From an uncultured bacterium (GTDB taxonomy: Bacteria > Omnitrophota > Omnitrophia > Omnitrophales > Danuiimicrobiaceae), in NCBI GenBank assembly GCA_964373885.1, contig CAYJWM010000003.1, positions 1-62,860 on the forward strand: a DNA stretch of 62,860 nt, given 5' to 3'. Shown one piece after another: positions 1-8,733 of this stretch. Positions within the stretch are counted from its first letter, which is position 1. Every line of letters starts with the position of its first letter. Below the pieces are notes generated by a model. It was not told where the DNA came from, searched no databases, and saw only the letters and a list, made by a program, of their open reading frames with translations. Both the position numbers and the translations under genes were made by a program.

Positions 1-24
1 GCACGGAAAAATCGCCGGTGATTC

Positions 25-825
25 GTGAGTGAACACATTCAGCTGAAGAAAAGGTTGACCTGGTCCGCGCTTTTTATCGGCGTAACGGTCTATGCGATTT
101 TTGGGGCGCCCAAATGGGTGTTTTTATTGGCGGTGGAGGCGTTTGTGCTGCTCGGGCTTTGGGAATATTTTGGCCTCGCCGAACGGAAAGGGTTTTTTAT
201 CAACCGCCACCTCGGTCTTTTTTTCGGCTTCCTTCTCCCGCTGCAGTTTTATTTCTCAGGCGAGACCATCGTGTTGATCGCCGCCCTTTTGAGCTTGTGC
301 GTGTTTAATTTCAAGCGCAATCTCAGGGAGCAGGCCCTGATCAGTACCGCGCTGACCTTTTTTGGATTGATGTACGTGGCTTGGTCTTTTTCGTTCCTGG
401 GCCGCATCCGCTATTTGTGGCATGGTTCCCTTTGGGTATTTTATTGTATTTTTATTATCAAACTGGGGGATATGGCCGCGTATTTTATTGGGAAGCGTTT
501 TGGCCGGCACAAATATGCGGGTTCGATCAGTCCCAATAAATCCGTGGAGGGAGCCGTGGCCGGTTTTGTCGCAACGTTCGCGGCCTCTATTTTGTCAAAG
601 GCCTATCTTCCGAACGTTTCCGTGTGGGATCTTGCGGTGTTGGGAATGGTGCTCGGAGTGATCGGCCAAATCGGGGATTTGATCGAGAGTCTTCTCAAGC
701 GGGATACCGGCCTTAAGGATTCAGGCACTATTCCTGGACTGGGAGGGATTTTAGACATGATCGACAGTCTTCTTCCCGCCATTCCGGTGGTTTATTATTA
801 TCTGACTGCGTTACGGGGGTTCTGA
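25..825 (+). CDS. cdsA: phosphatidate cytidylyltransferase (CDP-diglyceride synthase) family protein
   Basis: 266-aa polytopic membrane ORF with GTG start. The C-terminal block SLLKRDTGLKDSGTIPGLGGILDMIDS aligns to the CdsA signature (E. coli ...KDSGHLIPGHGGILDRIDS) but has H->L and R->M. Sits in the canonical cdsA-dxr-rseP neighbourhood. Confidence 0.8.
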   Translation: MSEHIQLKKRLTWSALFIGVTVYAIFGAPKWVFLLAVEAFVLLGLWEYFGLAERKGFFINRHLGLFFGFLLPLQFYFSGETIVLIAALLSLCVFNFKRNLREQALISTALTFFGLMYVAWSFSFLGRIRYLWHGSLWVFYCIFIIKLGDMAAYFIGKRFGRHKYAGSISPNKSVEGAVAGFVATFAASILSKAYLPNVSVWDLAVLGMVLGVIGQIGDLIESLLKRDTGLKDSGTIPGLGGILDMIDSLLPAIPVVYYYLTALRGF

Positions 826-826
826 T

Positions 827-1981
827 TTGGTGAAACAAATTGCGGTGATCGGTTCTACCGGCTCCATCGGGCTGAACACGCTCAGCGTCGCCCGTGCGCA
901 TCCGGAAGCTTTCTCGGTTGTCGCGCTGGCGGCCAAACAGAATGCGAAACGACTTCTGGAACAAGCCAAAATGTTCCGGCCCAAACTCGTGTGCCTTTAT
1001 GACGCCGAACAGGCGTCCTGGCTTCGCGCACATTTAAAGCCGCTCCATATTCGTTTGGTGACCGGAGACGAGGGCTTGATCGAAGCGAGCGCCTTTCCGG
1101 CGGCACAGCAAATTATTTTCGCGGTCGTGGGCGCCGTAGGCCTCCGTCCCATGGTGCGGGCCATTGAGGCCGGAAAAGCGGTCGCCGTGGCCACCAAAGA
1201 GCCCCTGGTCATGGGCGGTGAACTTTTGCGCAAACTGGCGGCTCGATCGGGAGCTCAAATTATTCCGATCGACAGCGAACATTCGGGACTTTGGCAGTGT
1301 CTCGAGGGCCGCTCAAAAGAAACGGTCAAGAAATTAATTTTAACCTCTTCAGGCGGGCCTTTTTTTCGTCGAAAAAGAAGCTTCAGGAACATTACAACCA
1401 AAGAGGCGTTAAAGCACCCGCGTTGGAAAATGGGGCCCAAGATCACCATTGATTCGGCCACTCTGATGAACAAGGGACTTGAGGTGATTGAAGCGGCTAA
1501 TTTATTCGGGTTTTCAGCCGATCAGATAGACGTATTGATTCATCCCGAGGCGGTGATTCATGCGTTGGTTGAATTCGTGGATGGTTCGCAGCTGGCCCAA
1601 CTGGGGGTGACCGACATGCGGCTTCCGATCCAATATGCACTGAGTTATCCGGCGCGTATTGAAAATTCAATACCTCGTTTGGATTTGGCACGGCTTGAGC
1701 AGTTTCATTTTTTCGTTCCCGAAACGGAAAAATTTCCGTGCCTTGGGCTGGGATTTCAAGCGAAACGAATCGGGGGAACGATGCCCGCTGTTTTAAATGC
1801 GGCCAATGAGGTCGCAGTGAACCATTTTTTAAATCATCACATTTCGTTTACATCTATCCCAAAGACCATCGAACGGGTGATGTCCCGTCATCAGGCAAGC
1901 CGAAATCCAACGCTTGACGATATTTTGGCTGCCGATGGCTGGGCGCGCGAGGAGGCCGAACGCTTATGCCGGAAACCCTAG
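827..1981 (+). CDS. dxr: 1-deoxy-D-xylulose 5-phosphate reductoisomerase
   Basis: 384 aa. N-terminal NADPH-binding IAVIGSTGSIG, plus PIDSEHS and MNKGLEVIEA blocks typical of Dxr. TTG start at 827 (GTG at 830 also possible). Confidence 0.93.
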   Translation: MVKQIAVIGSTGSIGLNTLSVARAHPEAFSVVALAAKQNAKRLLEQAKMFRPKLVCLYDAEQASWLRAHLKPLHIRLVTGDEGLIEASAFPAAQQIIFAVVGAVGLRPMVRAIEAGKAVAVATKEPLVMGGELLRKLAARSGAQIIPIDSEHSGLWQCLEGRSKETVKKLILTSSGGPFFRRKRSFRNITTKEALKHPRWKMGPKITIDSATLMNKGLEVIEAANLFGFSADQIDVLIHPEAVIHALVEFVDGSQLAQLGVTDMRLPIQYALSYPARIENSIPRLDLARLEQFHFFVPETEKFPCLGLGFQAKRIGGTMPAVLNAANEVAVNHFLNHHISFTSIPKTIERVMSRHQASRNPTLDDILAADGWAREEAERLCRKP

Positions 1982-3096
1982 AACAAATGATGCCTTTTCT
2001 TTCCACGGTTTTTATTTTGGGGCTTCTTATTTTTGTCCACGAGTGGGGTCATTTTCTGGCCTGCCGCCTTTCGGGCGTGGGCGTGGAAAAGTTTTCCATT
2101 GGGTTTGGGCCGGAGCTCATGGCCTGGCAGGGGCGCGAGACCCGTTATTCCGTTTCCTGGTTTCCTTTTGGGGGCTATGTAAAGCCCCAGGGGGAATCTT
2201 ATGATGTGGTGGCGAAACGCGGACGGATGGACGAGCGGGATTATTTGGCCGCTTCCGTTCCGAAGCGTTTTTTTATTTTGGTGGCGGGCGTGGCCATGAA
2301 TTATCTGCTCGCGTACGGCCTTTTTGTGTGGATGTTGACCATGGGGCATCCGGTGCTTACGGCCACGATCGGCGGTCTCAAGGCGGGTTATCCGGCTGAG
2401 GCGAGCGGGCTTCGCGCGGGGGACCGCGTGAGCGCCCTCAACGGGGTTTCCGTTTCGGATTGGCAGGACTTGACCATGAAAATCATGGAAACGAACGGAA
2501 CGACGCTTCAGTTTTCGATTGAACGCAGCGGCAGGGAAAAGCTCATCCGTGTCGAGCCCAAACTTGAGGAAGGGCACGACATTTTCGGCCAACCCAGGAG
2601 GGTTCCCAAAATCGGAATTCTTCCTTCCAATGAATATTCCGTTGAACGCTATGAATTTGAGGAAGCCCTTCAAAAAGCATGGGACCTCGAGTGGCGTTTG
2701 ACAACCCTTACCTATGAGGCGCTTTGGCGGCTCGCCACGGGCCAGCTTTCCCTGAAAACCGTAAGCGGGCCGATCGGCATCATGGCGCTTGCCGGAAGCG
2801 CCGCAAAGGTGGGAGTTCCCGCCCTTTTGCAGTTGACAGCCGTTCTCAGCGTGTCGTTGGCCGTCATTAATTTACTTCCCATCCCCGCCCTCGATGGCGG
2901 GCATGTTTTTTTTCTTCTGCTGGAGGTTGTTTTTCGGAAGCCGGTGAACCCCTCTTTTCAAGATCGGGTCACGCAATTCGGTTTTTATTTTTTGATGGCA
3001 CTTATGGTGCTGGTCGTTTACAACGATTTGGCCAACCTCGGCGCGCTCGAGAAAATAAAAGCGGCGTGGGAAATACTCAAACCCGTTTCCCGCTGA
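1966..3096 (+). CDS. rseP: RIP site-2 zinc metalloprotease (M50, RseP family)
   Basis: 376 aa. HEWGH (HExxH) in the first TM segment, central PDZ-like region, and the NLLPIPALDGG motif in a C-terminal TM. Alternative ATG starts at 1987 and 1990. Confidence 0.9.
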   Translation: MPETLEQMMPFLSTVFILGLLIFVHEWGHFLACRLSGVGVEKFSIGFGPELMAWQGRETRYSVSWFPFGGYVKPQGESYDVVAKRGRMDERDYLAASVPKRFFILVAGVAMNYLLAYGLFVWMLTMGHPVLTATIGGLKAGYPAEASGLRAGDRVSALNGVSVSDWQDLTMKIMETNGTTLQFSIERSGREKLIRVEPKLEEGHDIFGQPRRVPKIGILPSNEYSVERYEFEEALQKAWDLEWRLTTLTYEALWRLATGQLSLKTVSGPIGIMALAGSAAKVGVPALLQLTAVLSVSLAVINLLPIPALDGGHVFFLLLEVVFRKPVNPSFQDRVTQFGFYFLMALMVLVVYNDLANLGALEKIKAAWEILKPVSR

Positions 3097-3105
3097 CCGC
3101 GTCCC

Positions 3106-4815
3106 ATGCGCTGGACCCAAACCTTAATTCCCACTCTACGCGAGGTTCCGAAAGAGGCGGAGGCGGCGAGTCACCGTCTCATGCTCAAGGCGGGTTTGAT
3201 CCGCAAACTCGGTTCCGGAGTTTACAGTTATCTTCCGTTGGGGCTTGCAGCGCTCGAAAACATCATCCGGATTATTCGCGAGGAAATGAACGCGGCTGGT
3301 GCGGTTGAGCTCTTAATGCCGGCGCTGCATCCTGCCGAGCTTTGGAAACAAAGCGGCCGGTACGAAACATTGGGTGCCGATAAGATTGCATTTAAAAATC
3401 GGGCGGGACAGGAATTCGTGCTTGGCCCCACCCATGAAGAGGTGATTACGGAACTTGCCGGCGCTTATCTGAAATCCTATCAGCAGCTCCCCAAAATTTT
3501 TTATCAGATTCAGACAAAATTCCGCGACGAACTTCGCTCCCGCTTCGGTATTATCCGGACCAAGGAATTCATGATGAAAGACGCTTACAGTTTTGATGCG
3601 GATCAGGAGGGATTGAATCGAAGCTATGAGACGATGTATCAGGCCTATATTCGTACGTTCAAACGTTTGGGACTTTCCGTCGATCCGGTTCCGGCCGACC
3701 CCGGTATTATGGGCGGAGATGTGTCCCATGAGTTCATGGCGCGGTCTCCCTACGGAGAGGATCGCATCGCCGTTTGTTCCGGTTGCGGGCAAATCTCAAG
3801 CCGTGACATTGCCCCACGTGCGGTTTCAAAAGTCAAACCGGGATCCTCTGCGAAAAAAATGGAACCCTTTGACACGCCTGATTTAAAAACCATCGACGAT
3901 CTGACCGGCCGGTTCAAATTAAATCCCCAGCAATTGGTGAAAACCTTGATTTTTATCGCGGATGAGAAGCCCGTTGCGGCCTGCGTGCGCGGCGACCGCG
4001 AGGTTCATGAAGGAAAGTTGCGAAAATTTTTAGGGGTGGATACCATGCGCTTCGCACGCGCGGAGGAAATTGAGCGTTTGAGCGGAGCGCCCGTGGGATT
4101 TACAGGCCCCATAGGTCTGAAAGGCGTCAACATCGTGGCAGACGGAGATTTATCTTCCATGAAAGATTTTGTGACGGGGGCGAATCGCAAAGATACACAC
4201 TTAAAGAATGTCAATTTCGGGCGCGATTTCCAGGCGGACTTAATAGCCGATATTTGTTATGCCGAGGAAGGGGATGTATGCCCCAAATGCGGGCAAACGA
4301 TCTCGCTTGTGACTGCGATGGAAGTGGGGCATGTATTTAAACTGGGAACCCGCTACACAAAACCGTTGGGGGCGTTTTACCGCGCCCAGGACGGAAAAGA
4401 TCAACCCATGATCATGGGTTGCTACGGGCTTGGGGTGAACCGGATCATGGCCGCGATTATTGAAGAGCATCATAATGAAAAAGGGATCAAATGGCCGGTT
4501 GCGGTGGCGCCGTTTTTAGTCCATTTGATTACCGTCAATCATTCACATGAGGGAACACGTAAGGCGGCAGAAGAAATTTATTCCGAATGCCAACAGGCGG
4601 GAATTTCTGTTCTTTACGATGACCGGGACGAGCGTGCCGGCGTGAAATTTAATGATGCGGATTTGATCGGTCTTCCGGCCCAGATCGTGGTGAGTGAACG
4701 GAATTTAGCTAAAAACGAGCTTGAACTAAAGCTTAGGGGGCAGGAAAAGGCCATCTCTATTTCCACAAAAGAGCTGCTTTCTCAACTCGAGACCCATCTG
4801 AAGCGTATTAAATAA
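3106..4815 (+). CDS. proS: proline--tRNA ligase (bacterial type with insertion/editing domain)
   Basis: 569 aa. N-terminus MRWTQTLIPTLREVPKEAEAASHRLMLKAGLIRKL is the classic ProS start. Class II core motifs and a C-terminal anticodon-binding region are present. Confidence 0.95.
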   Translation: MRWTQTLIPTLREVPKEAEAASHRLMLKAGLIRKLGSGVYSYLPLGLAALENIIRIIREEMNAAGAVELLMPALHPAELWKQSGRYETLGADKIAFKNRAGQEFVLGPTHEEVITELAGAYLKSYQQLPKIFYQIQTKFRDELRSRFGIIRTKEFMMKDAYSFDADQEGLNRSYETMYQAYIRTFKRLGLSVDPVPADPGIMGGDVSHEFMARSPYGEDRIAVCSGCGQISSRDIAPRAVSKVKPGSSAKKMEPFDTPDLKTIDDLTGRFKLNPQQLVKTLIFIADEKPVAACVRGDREVHEGKLRKFLGVDTMRFARAEEIERLSGAPVGFTGPIGLKGVNIVADGDLSSMKDFVTGANRKDTHLKNVNFGRDFQADLIADICYAEEGDVCPKCGQTISLVTAMEVGHVFKLGTRYTKPLGAFYRAQDGKDQPMIMGCYGLGVNRIMAAIIEEHHNEKGIKWPVAVAPFLVHLITVNHSHEGTRKAAEEIYSECQQAGISVLYDDRDERAGVKFNDADLIGLPAQIVVSERNLAKNELELKLRGQEKAISISTKELLSQLETHLKRIK

Positions 4816-4847
4816 TAAGCTGTTTTTCTCTTAAAAATTAACTTAAT

Positions 4848-4875
4848 TTGCATTTTTTAAAACATCATGTATAGT
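4848..4875 (+). promoter_or_regulatory. sigma70-type promoter candidate (TTGCAT-16 nt-TATAGT)
   Basis: TTGCAT at 4848-4853, 16-nt AT-rich spacer, TATAGT at 4870-4875. Lies about 40 nt upstream of the XRE/cupin ORF. Confidence 0.5.
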
Positions 4876-4914
4876 TTAACTAGATAGCTCTATTCTGATG
4901 AGACAGGTAAATTC

Positions 4915-5556
4915 ATGGCAAAGCGAGCCGAGGCGTCAAAAGCAAACGAGAGCAGTTCCTTTCATCCCGGGGAAGTCATTCGCCAGAGGCGCCACCTTTT
5001 AGGGTGGAAAGCGGTGGATCTGGCGAAGCGGGCCGGGGTGAACCCGAGAACCGTGAATGCCGTTGAAAAAGGACGAATTCAAACCCCCTCGCTCAAAAAC
5101 CTAGAGTCAATGTCCCGCGTGCTCGGGATTTCCCTCGCCTCTCTTTTTTCAAACGGCGGGGAGACCGGGAGAACCGCTTTCTTCAGCGCAGGTCAAAAAG
5201 GCTATCACACGCTGGATTTCAAAAAGGAAGGCTTTCGGGTGATTTGCTATACACCACTGGTCCCGCTGGTATCGGATGTGTTTATCGGAAAGGTGATTGT
5301 GAACGGCGAAGCGGAGGTGAAGCATGAGACGCTCCCCACCCAAGGCATGATTTTTGTTCAGGCCATTATCAGGAAATTGGGAGTTCGTTTTGACGGGGCA
5401 GAGCATCTGATCCGGGAAGGGAATTATGTTTTTTTTGACGGGCGGTTTCCTCATTCGTTTTTTAATCCCCAGCTTCGGGAAGCCACTTTTTTACTGGTGA
5501 CCACCCCTTCTTTTTTAGCCCCGTCCCCTTTCACCCGTGAGTCAAGACATGAATAA
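4915..5556 (+). CDS. XRE-family HTH transcriptional regulator with C-terminal cupin domain
   Basis: 213 aa. N-terminal HTH_3-like segment (IRQRRHLLGWKAVDLAKRAGVNPRTVNAVEKG) and a C-terminal beta-rich cupin-like segment. Confidence 0.75.
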   Translation: MAKRAEASKANESSSFHPGEVIRQRRHLLGWKAVDLAKRAGVNPRTVNAVEKGRIQTPSLKNLESMSRVLGISLASLFSNGGETGRTAFFSAGQKGYHTLDFKKEGFRVICYTPLVPLVSDVFIGKVIVNGEAEVKHETLPTQGMIFVQAIIRKLGVRFDGAEHLIREGNYVFFDGRFPHSFFNPQLREATFLLVTTPSFLAPSPFTRESRHE

Positions 5557-5582
5557 GATGGCCGATAATGATACGGTGAGCA

Positions 5583-5611
5583 TTGACTTTAAGTTGTTCA
5601 TTTTCTATAAT
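5583..5611 (+). promoter_or_regulatory. near-consensus sigma70 promoter (TTGACT-17 nt-TATAAT)
   Basis: TTGACT at 5583-5588, 17-nt spacer, TATAAT at 5606-5611. Lies 43 nt upstream of the efflux operon start. Confidence 0.65.
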
Positions 5612-5653
5612 TTACGAAATGTTCAAACCGATTTCCAAAAGAAAGCGATTTGA

Positions 5654-7420
5654 ATGGCCAAACGACGCAAACTGCGCTTAAATCCTATTCCGGTTTTGTT
5701 CGGGCTGGTCATCCTTTCTCCGCTTTCTCTTGCCGCTCCCGTAAGCCCTAAAAATGTTCCGCTCACGACTGACGAACGTCAAATCCAAGACCAGCGGGAA
5801 AGAGCTCTGTTTGAAGCTCTTGCCAGTGTGGATCCGTCGCTGGTGGAGCGCGAGGGAGAAGGCACAGATGTGGCCGAGGGAAAGGATGAAGCACTGCGCA
5901 TTCAGGGCGAAGTAGCCCGTCTTCGCGGTGAGCGGAAAAATCAGTTTAAAAGTCTGCCCTGGAGCCACATCAAAAAAACGATCACCGCCCAAGCGATTCT
6001 GGCCAAGGAACAGTTTTTGGGCACTCAAACTAAAAATTTGAACATGCTTGTGGATCGTGCGGTCAAGGTGCATGTGCCCGCGCAGGTGGCGTTGGAACGG
6101 ATGACGTTGGCCAAATTCCGCATTGCAAAAGCCGTTCGCGATTTTTTTCCGGAAGCCAATTTTGAGGACGTGCTTCAAAAAGGGACTCTTTCCGGCGACA
6201 AGTTCAACAGCCGGAAATGGCGTTTTCGGTTCCGCCAGCCCCTGTTTCGCGGCGGGGTTTTGTGGAACAGTCTTTTTTTGGAGTGGTCCAATCTGGAAAT
6301 CGCAAAGCGCGATTATGACAAGGTGATTTCGGATTTGGTGGCAGATGTGTCGATCGCCTATTTTGAATACGAGCGGGCCCGCAATGTGTTCCAGGAGCGC
6401 ACGGAACTTTTTGAAAAAGCAAAGGTGCAGAAAGGCATTTCGGATGAAAAACATGCGGCCAATTTGATCGCCGAAATTGAAAAATTAAACGCGGATTCCC
6501 TATACAGCCAAGCCCAATATGATTTGGAAACCGCTCAGCAAGAGCTTGAAGTGGCCGAGCTGGATCTTCAAAGGCTTCTCAATCTGGAGCCGGGAGACCC
6601 GATCGATGTCAATGCCTTGTATGATTTAAACACCCTGAGCGTGGAACAGTTGAAGGAGCAGACAAAAGTGAACGTACCGGATGGTCCCGCAACGTTTGAA
6701 AACGATTTGGACCGTTTGGTGGAGTTTTCTTATCGTTACCGCCCCGATTTGCAGGTGGAAGCCTCCAAGTTAAAAGCAGCCCAGCACGCCTACCGGGTGA
6801 GTTTAGGAAGGCAGCTTCCTCAGTTGGATGTCATCATGGAATTCGGGAAACTGGCGGAAGCGTTTAATTTCACCACCAAAGACCCGGGGTTTCGTCATGA
6901 GTTTAAAGTGGGGATGGAAGCCAGTTACAATCTTGGCGGGAACACACTGAAATATACCTATGATCACGATCAACGCGCGCCTTCCGTGAGCCAATTTCTG
7001 AGTGGTCGGGGGACCCGGACGAGGAGCAATACGTTTTCGTTCGGCCTCTTGGATGATTTGGGCCAATTTTCATCGATTATTGAAGCTAAAATCAGCTCTT
7101 TGGAGCAGGTGGTGGAACTTGAAAAGACCGAACGGGACGTGATCCGTGAAGTCAAAGAAGCGTATTTCGATTTTAACAAAGCGCTGATTCAGGTGGAATC
7201 GACCTACAAACGCATGAGCTACCGCGACCGGCTGGCCGAGCTTGCGAAACACCGTTTGGATATGAATGAGATTCAAATTTCAGAGTTTCTCCAAGCCGAG
7301 ATGGATTTGACGGAAGAGCGTGCCCTGGTGTACAAGGCACTTTCGGATTTCTTTTCCTCGCAGGCCAAACTGAACAAGGCGATCGGACTCCGGGATTATT
7401 TACCGATGGAAACACTGTAA
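5654..7420 (+). CDS. TolC-like outer membrane efflux protein
   Basis: 588 aa. Has a signal peptide (LSPLSLAAP), long coiled-coil/heptad-rich repeats and a duplicated OEP-type architecture. First gene of an OMP-MFP-RND-RND operon. Confidence 0.75.
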   Translation: MAKRRKLRLNPIPVLFGLVILSPLSLAAPVSPKNVPLTTDERQIQDQRERALFEALASVDPSLVEREGEGTDVAEGKDEALRIQGEVARLRGERKNQFKSLPWSHIKKTITAQAILAKEQFLGTQTKNLNMLVDRAVKVHVPAQVALERMTLAKFRIAKAVRDFFPEANFEDVLQKGTLSGDKFNSRKWRFRFRQPLFRGGVLWNSLFLEWSNLEIAKRDYDKVISDLVADVSIAYFEYERARNVFQERTELFEKAKVQKGISDEKHAANLIAEIEKLNADSLYSQAQYDLETAQQELEVAELDLQRLLNLEPGDPIDVNALYDLNTLSVEQLKEQTKVNVPDGPATFENDLDRLVEFSYRYRPDLQVEASKLKAAQHAYRVSLGRQLPQLDVIMEFGKLAEAFNFTTKDPGFRHEFKVGMEASYNLGGNTLKYTYDHDQRAPSVSQFLSGRGTRTRSNTFSFGLLDDLGQFSSIIEAKISSLEQVVELEKTERDVIREVKEAYFDFNKALIQVESTYKRMSYRDRLAELAKHRLDMNEIQISEFLQAEMDLTEERALVYKALSDFFSSQAKLNKAIGLRDYLPMETL

Positions 7421-7452
7421 CAAAACTTAAGGGAAGGAATGGATCAGAATCA

Positions 7453-8715
7453 ATGGAAATCGGACCGCCAGACGAAAATCCGCCGCCTCGGAAATTTCCC
7501 AAGCTTAAGGTTCCCGATTTATCACTTCCGATTTCCGTTTTTAAAAAGACCCTTCGCGAAGTCCTGAGTTTCCTGATTAATCCCGCGAACCGCAAAAAAG
7601 TGGTGATCATCGGCGGTTCGATTCTCGTGTTGATCATTGTCCGGTCTGTCTTTTTTCCCGCCGAAAAACCTTATCGCCGCGCCTCGCAAAAAGAAGACGC
7701 TGCCCGCAAGGAAGAAATTCCGGTCAAGGTGTTTAAGGTAGGGCGTTTTAATTTTGAAGACTCGTTAAACTCACTCGGCACGATTAAAGGGTCGGTTGAA
7801 TTTAAACTCAGTTTTGAAATTCCAGGCGTGATCAGCGCCGTCAATTATCGTCCGGGTGAGCGCTATGAAGAAGGCGCTCTTTTGGTGTCGTTGAAACAGG
7901 ATGATATTTTGCTTCGTTTGAAGCGTTCTCAGGCGGAACGTTCCAAAGCGCTTGCGGCGCAGGCCATTACGGAGGAAAAGTTAAAAGAGCATCAAAAATT
8001 GTTTACGATCGGCGCCATTCCAAGGACCACGTTGGACAAAGTGGCGCTCGAGGTCGATCAGGCGCGGTATGAAGCGGAGGCGGCCGATTTGGAAGTGAAG
8101 GCCAATGAATCGATGCTGGAGAAGTCCAATATGTACGCGCCGGGCACCGGCACCATTGGAGAATTGAATGTCGAGGAGGGTGAGACCGTTACTCAGAACA
8201 CGTTGATCGGATCGCATGTGTCCACCGAACGTGTGGTGGCCCAATTCGGCGTGACCGAACGCGACATCACCAAAGTTTCTCTGGGCCAGAAGGCCAAGGT
8301 GTTTGTGGATTCTTATCCCGATCAGATCTTTGAGGGCACGGTGGAGAATATTTCGCAGGTGATCGTTGGGAACTCCAGAACGGCCGATGTGCGCGTCCGG
8401 CTTGAAAATCAGGACAATCGGCTTCTGCCCGGAATGTCTTCCCGCATTAAAATTACGCTTTATCAGAAGAAAAATACACTTGTGGTCCCCGCCGACGCGT
8501 TGCAGGGGAAAGAAAACGAGCAATTTGTTTATTTGATTCAGCCGGAAGCGAAAACGGCCGCCAAGGCACCGGTGGTCGTCGGGTACACGCGCGTGGATTA
8601 CGCCCAAATTGATTCCGGTTTAAAAGAGGGGGATCTTGTTGTGGTTTCGGGTTTTGAACGCCTTGAAGAAGGAGCAAAAGTTCGCATCGTGGAAACTCAG
8701 GAAGCGGAACTCTAG
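7453..8715 (+). CDS. efflux RND transporter periplasmic adaptor (MFP/HlyD family)
   Basis: 420 aa. N-terminal TM anchor, lipoyl-like and alpha-hairpin regions (LRLKRSQAERSKALAAQ...) and a beta-barrel C-terminus. Located between the OMP and the RND pumps. Confidence 0.85.
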   Translation: MEIGPPDENPPPRKFPKLKVPDLSLPISVFKKTLREVLSFLINPANRKKVVIIGGSILVLIIVRSVFFPAEKPYRRASQKEDAARKEEIPVKVFKVGRFNFEDSLNSLGTIKGSVEFKLSFEIPGVISAVNYRPGERYEEGALLVSLKQDDILLRLKRSQAERSKALAAQAITEEKLKEHQKLFTIGAIPRTTLDKVALEVDQARYEAEAADLEVKANESMLEKSNMYAPGTGTIGELNVEEGETVTQNTLIGSHVSTERVVAQFGVTERDITKVSLGQKAKVFVDSYPDQIFEGTVENISQVIVGNSRTADVRVRLENQDNRLLPGMSSRIKITLYQKKNTLVVPADALQGKENEQFVYLIQPEAKTAAKAPVVVGYTRVDYAQIDSGLKEGDLVVVSGFERLEEGAKVRIVETQEAEL

Positions 8716-8733
8716 CGATCTTATGTATGAACC

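Noticed and set aside
1-21. Possible 3' end of an upstream gene (...ARKNRR*), which by synteny could be uppS.
   Set aside because: Seven codons are too few to support any call.
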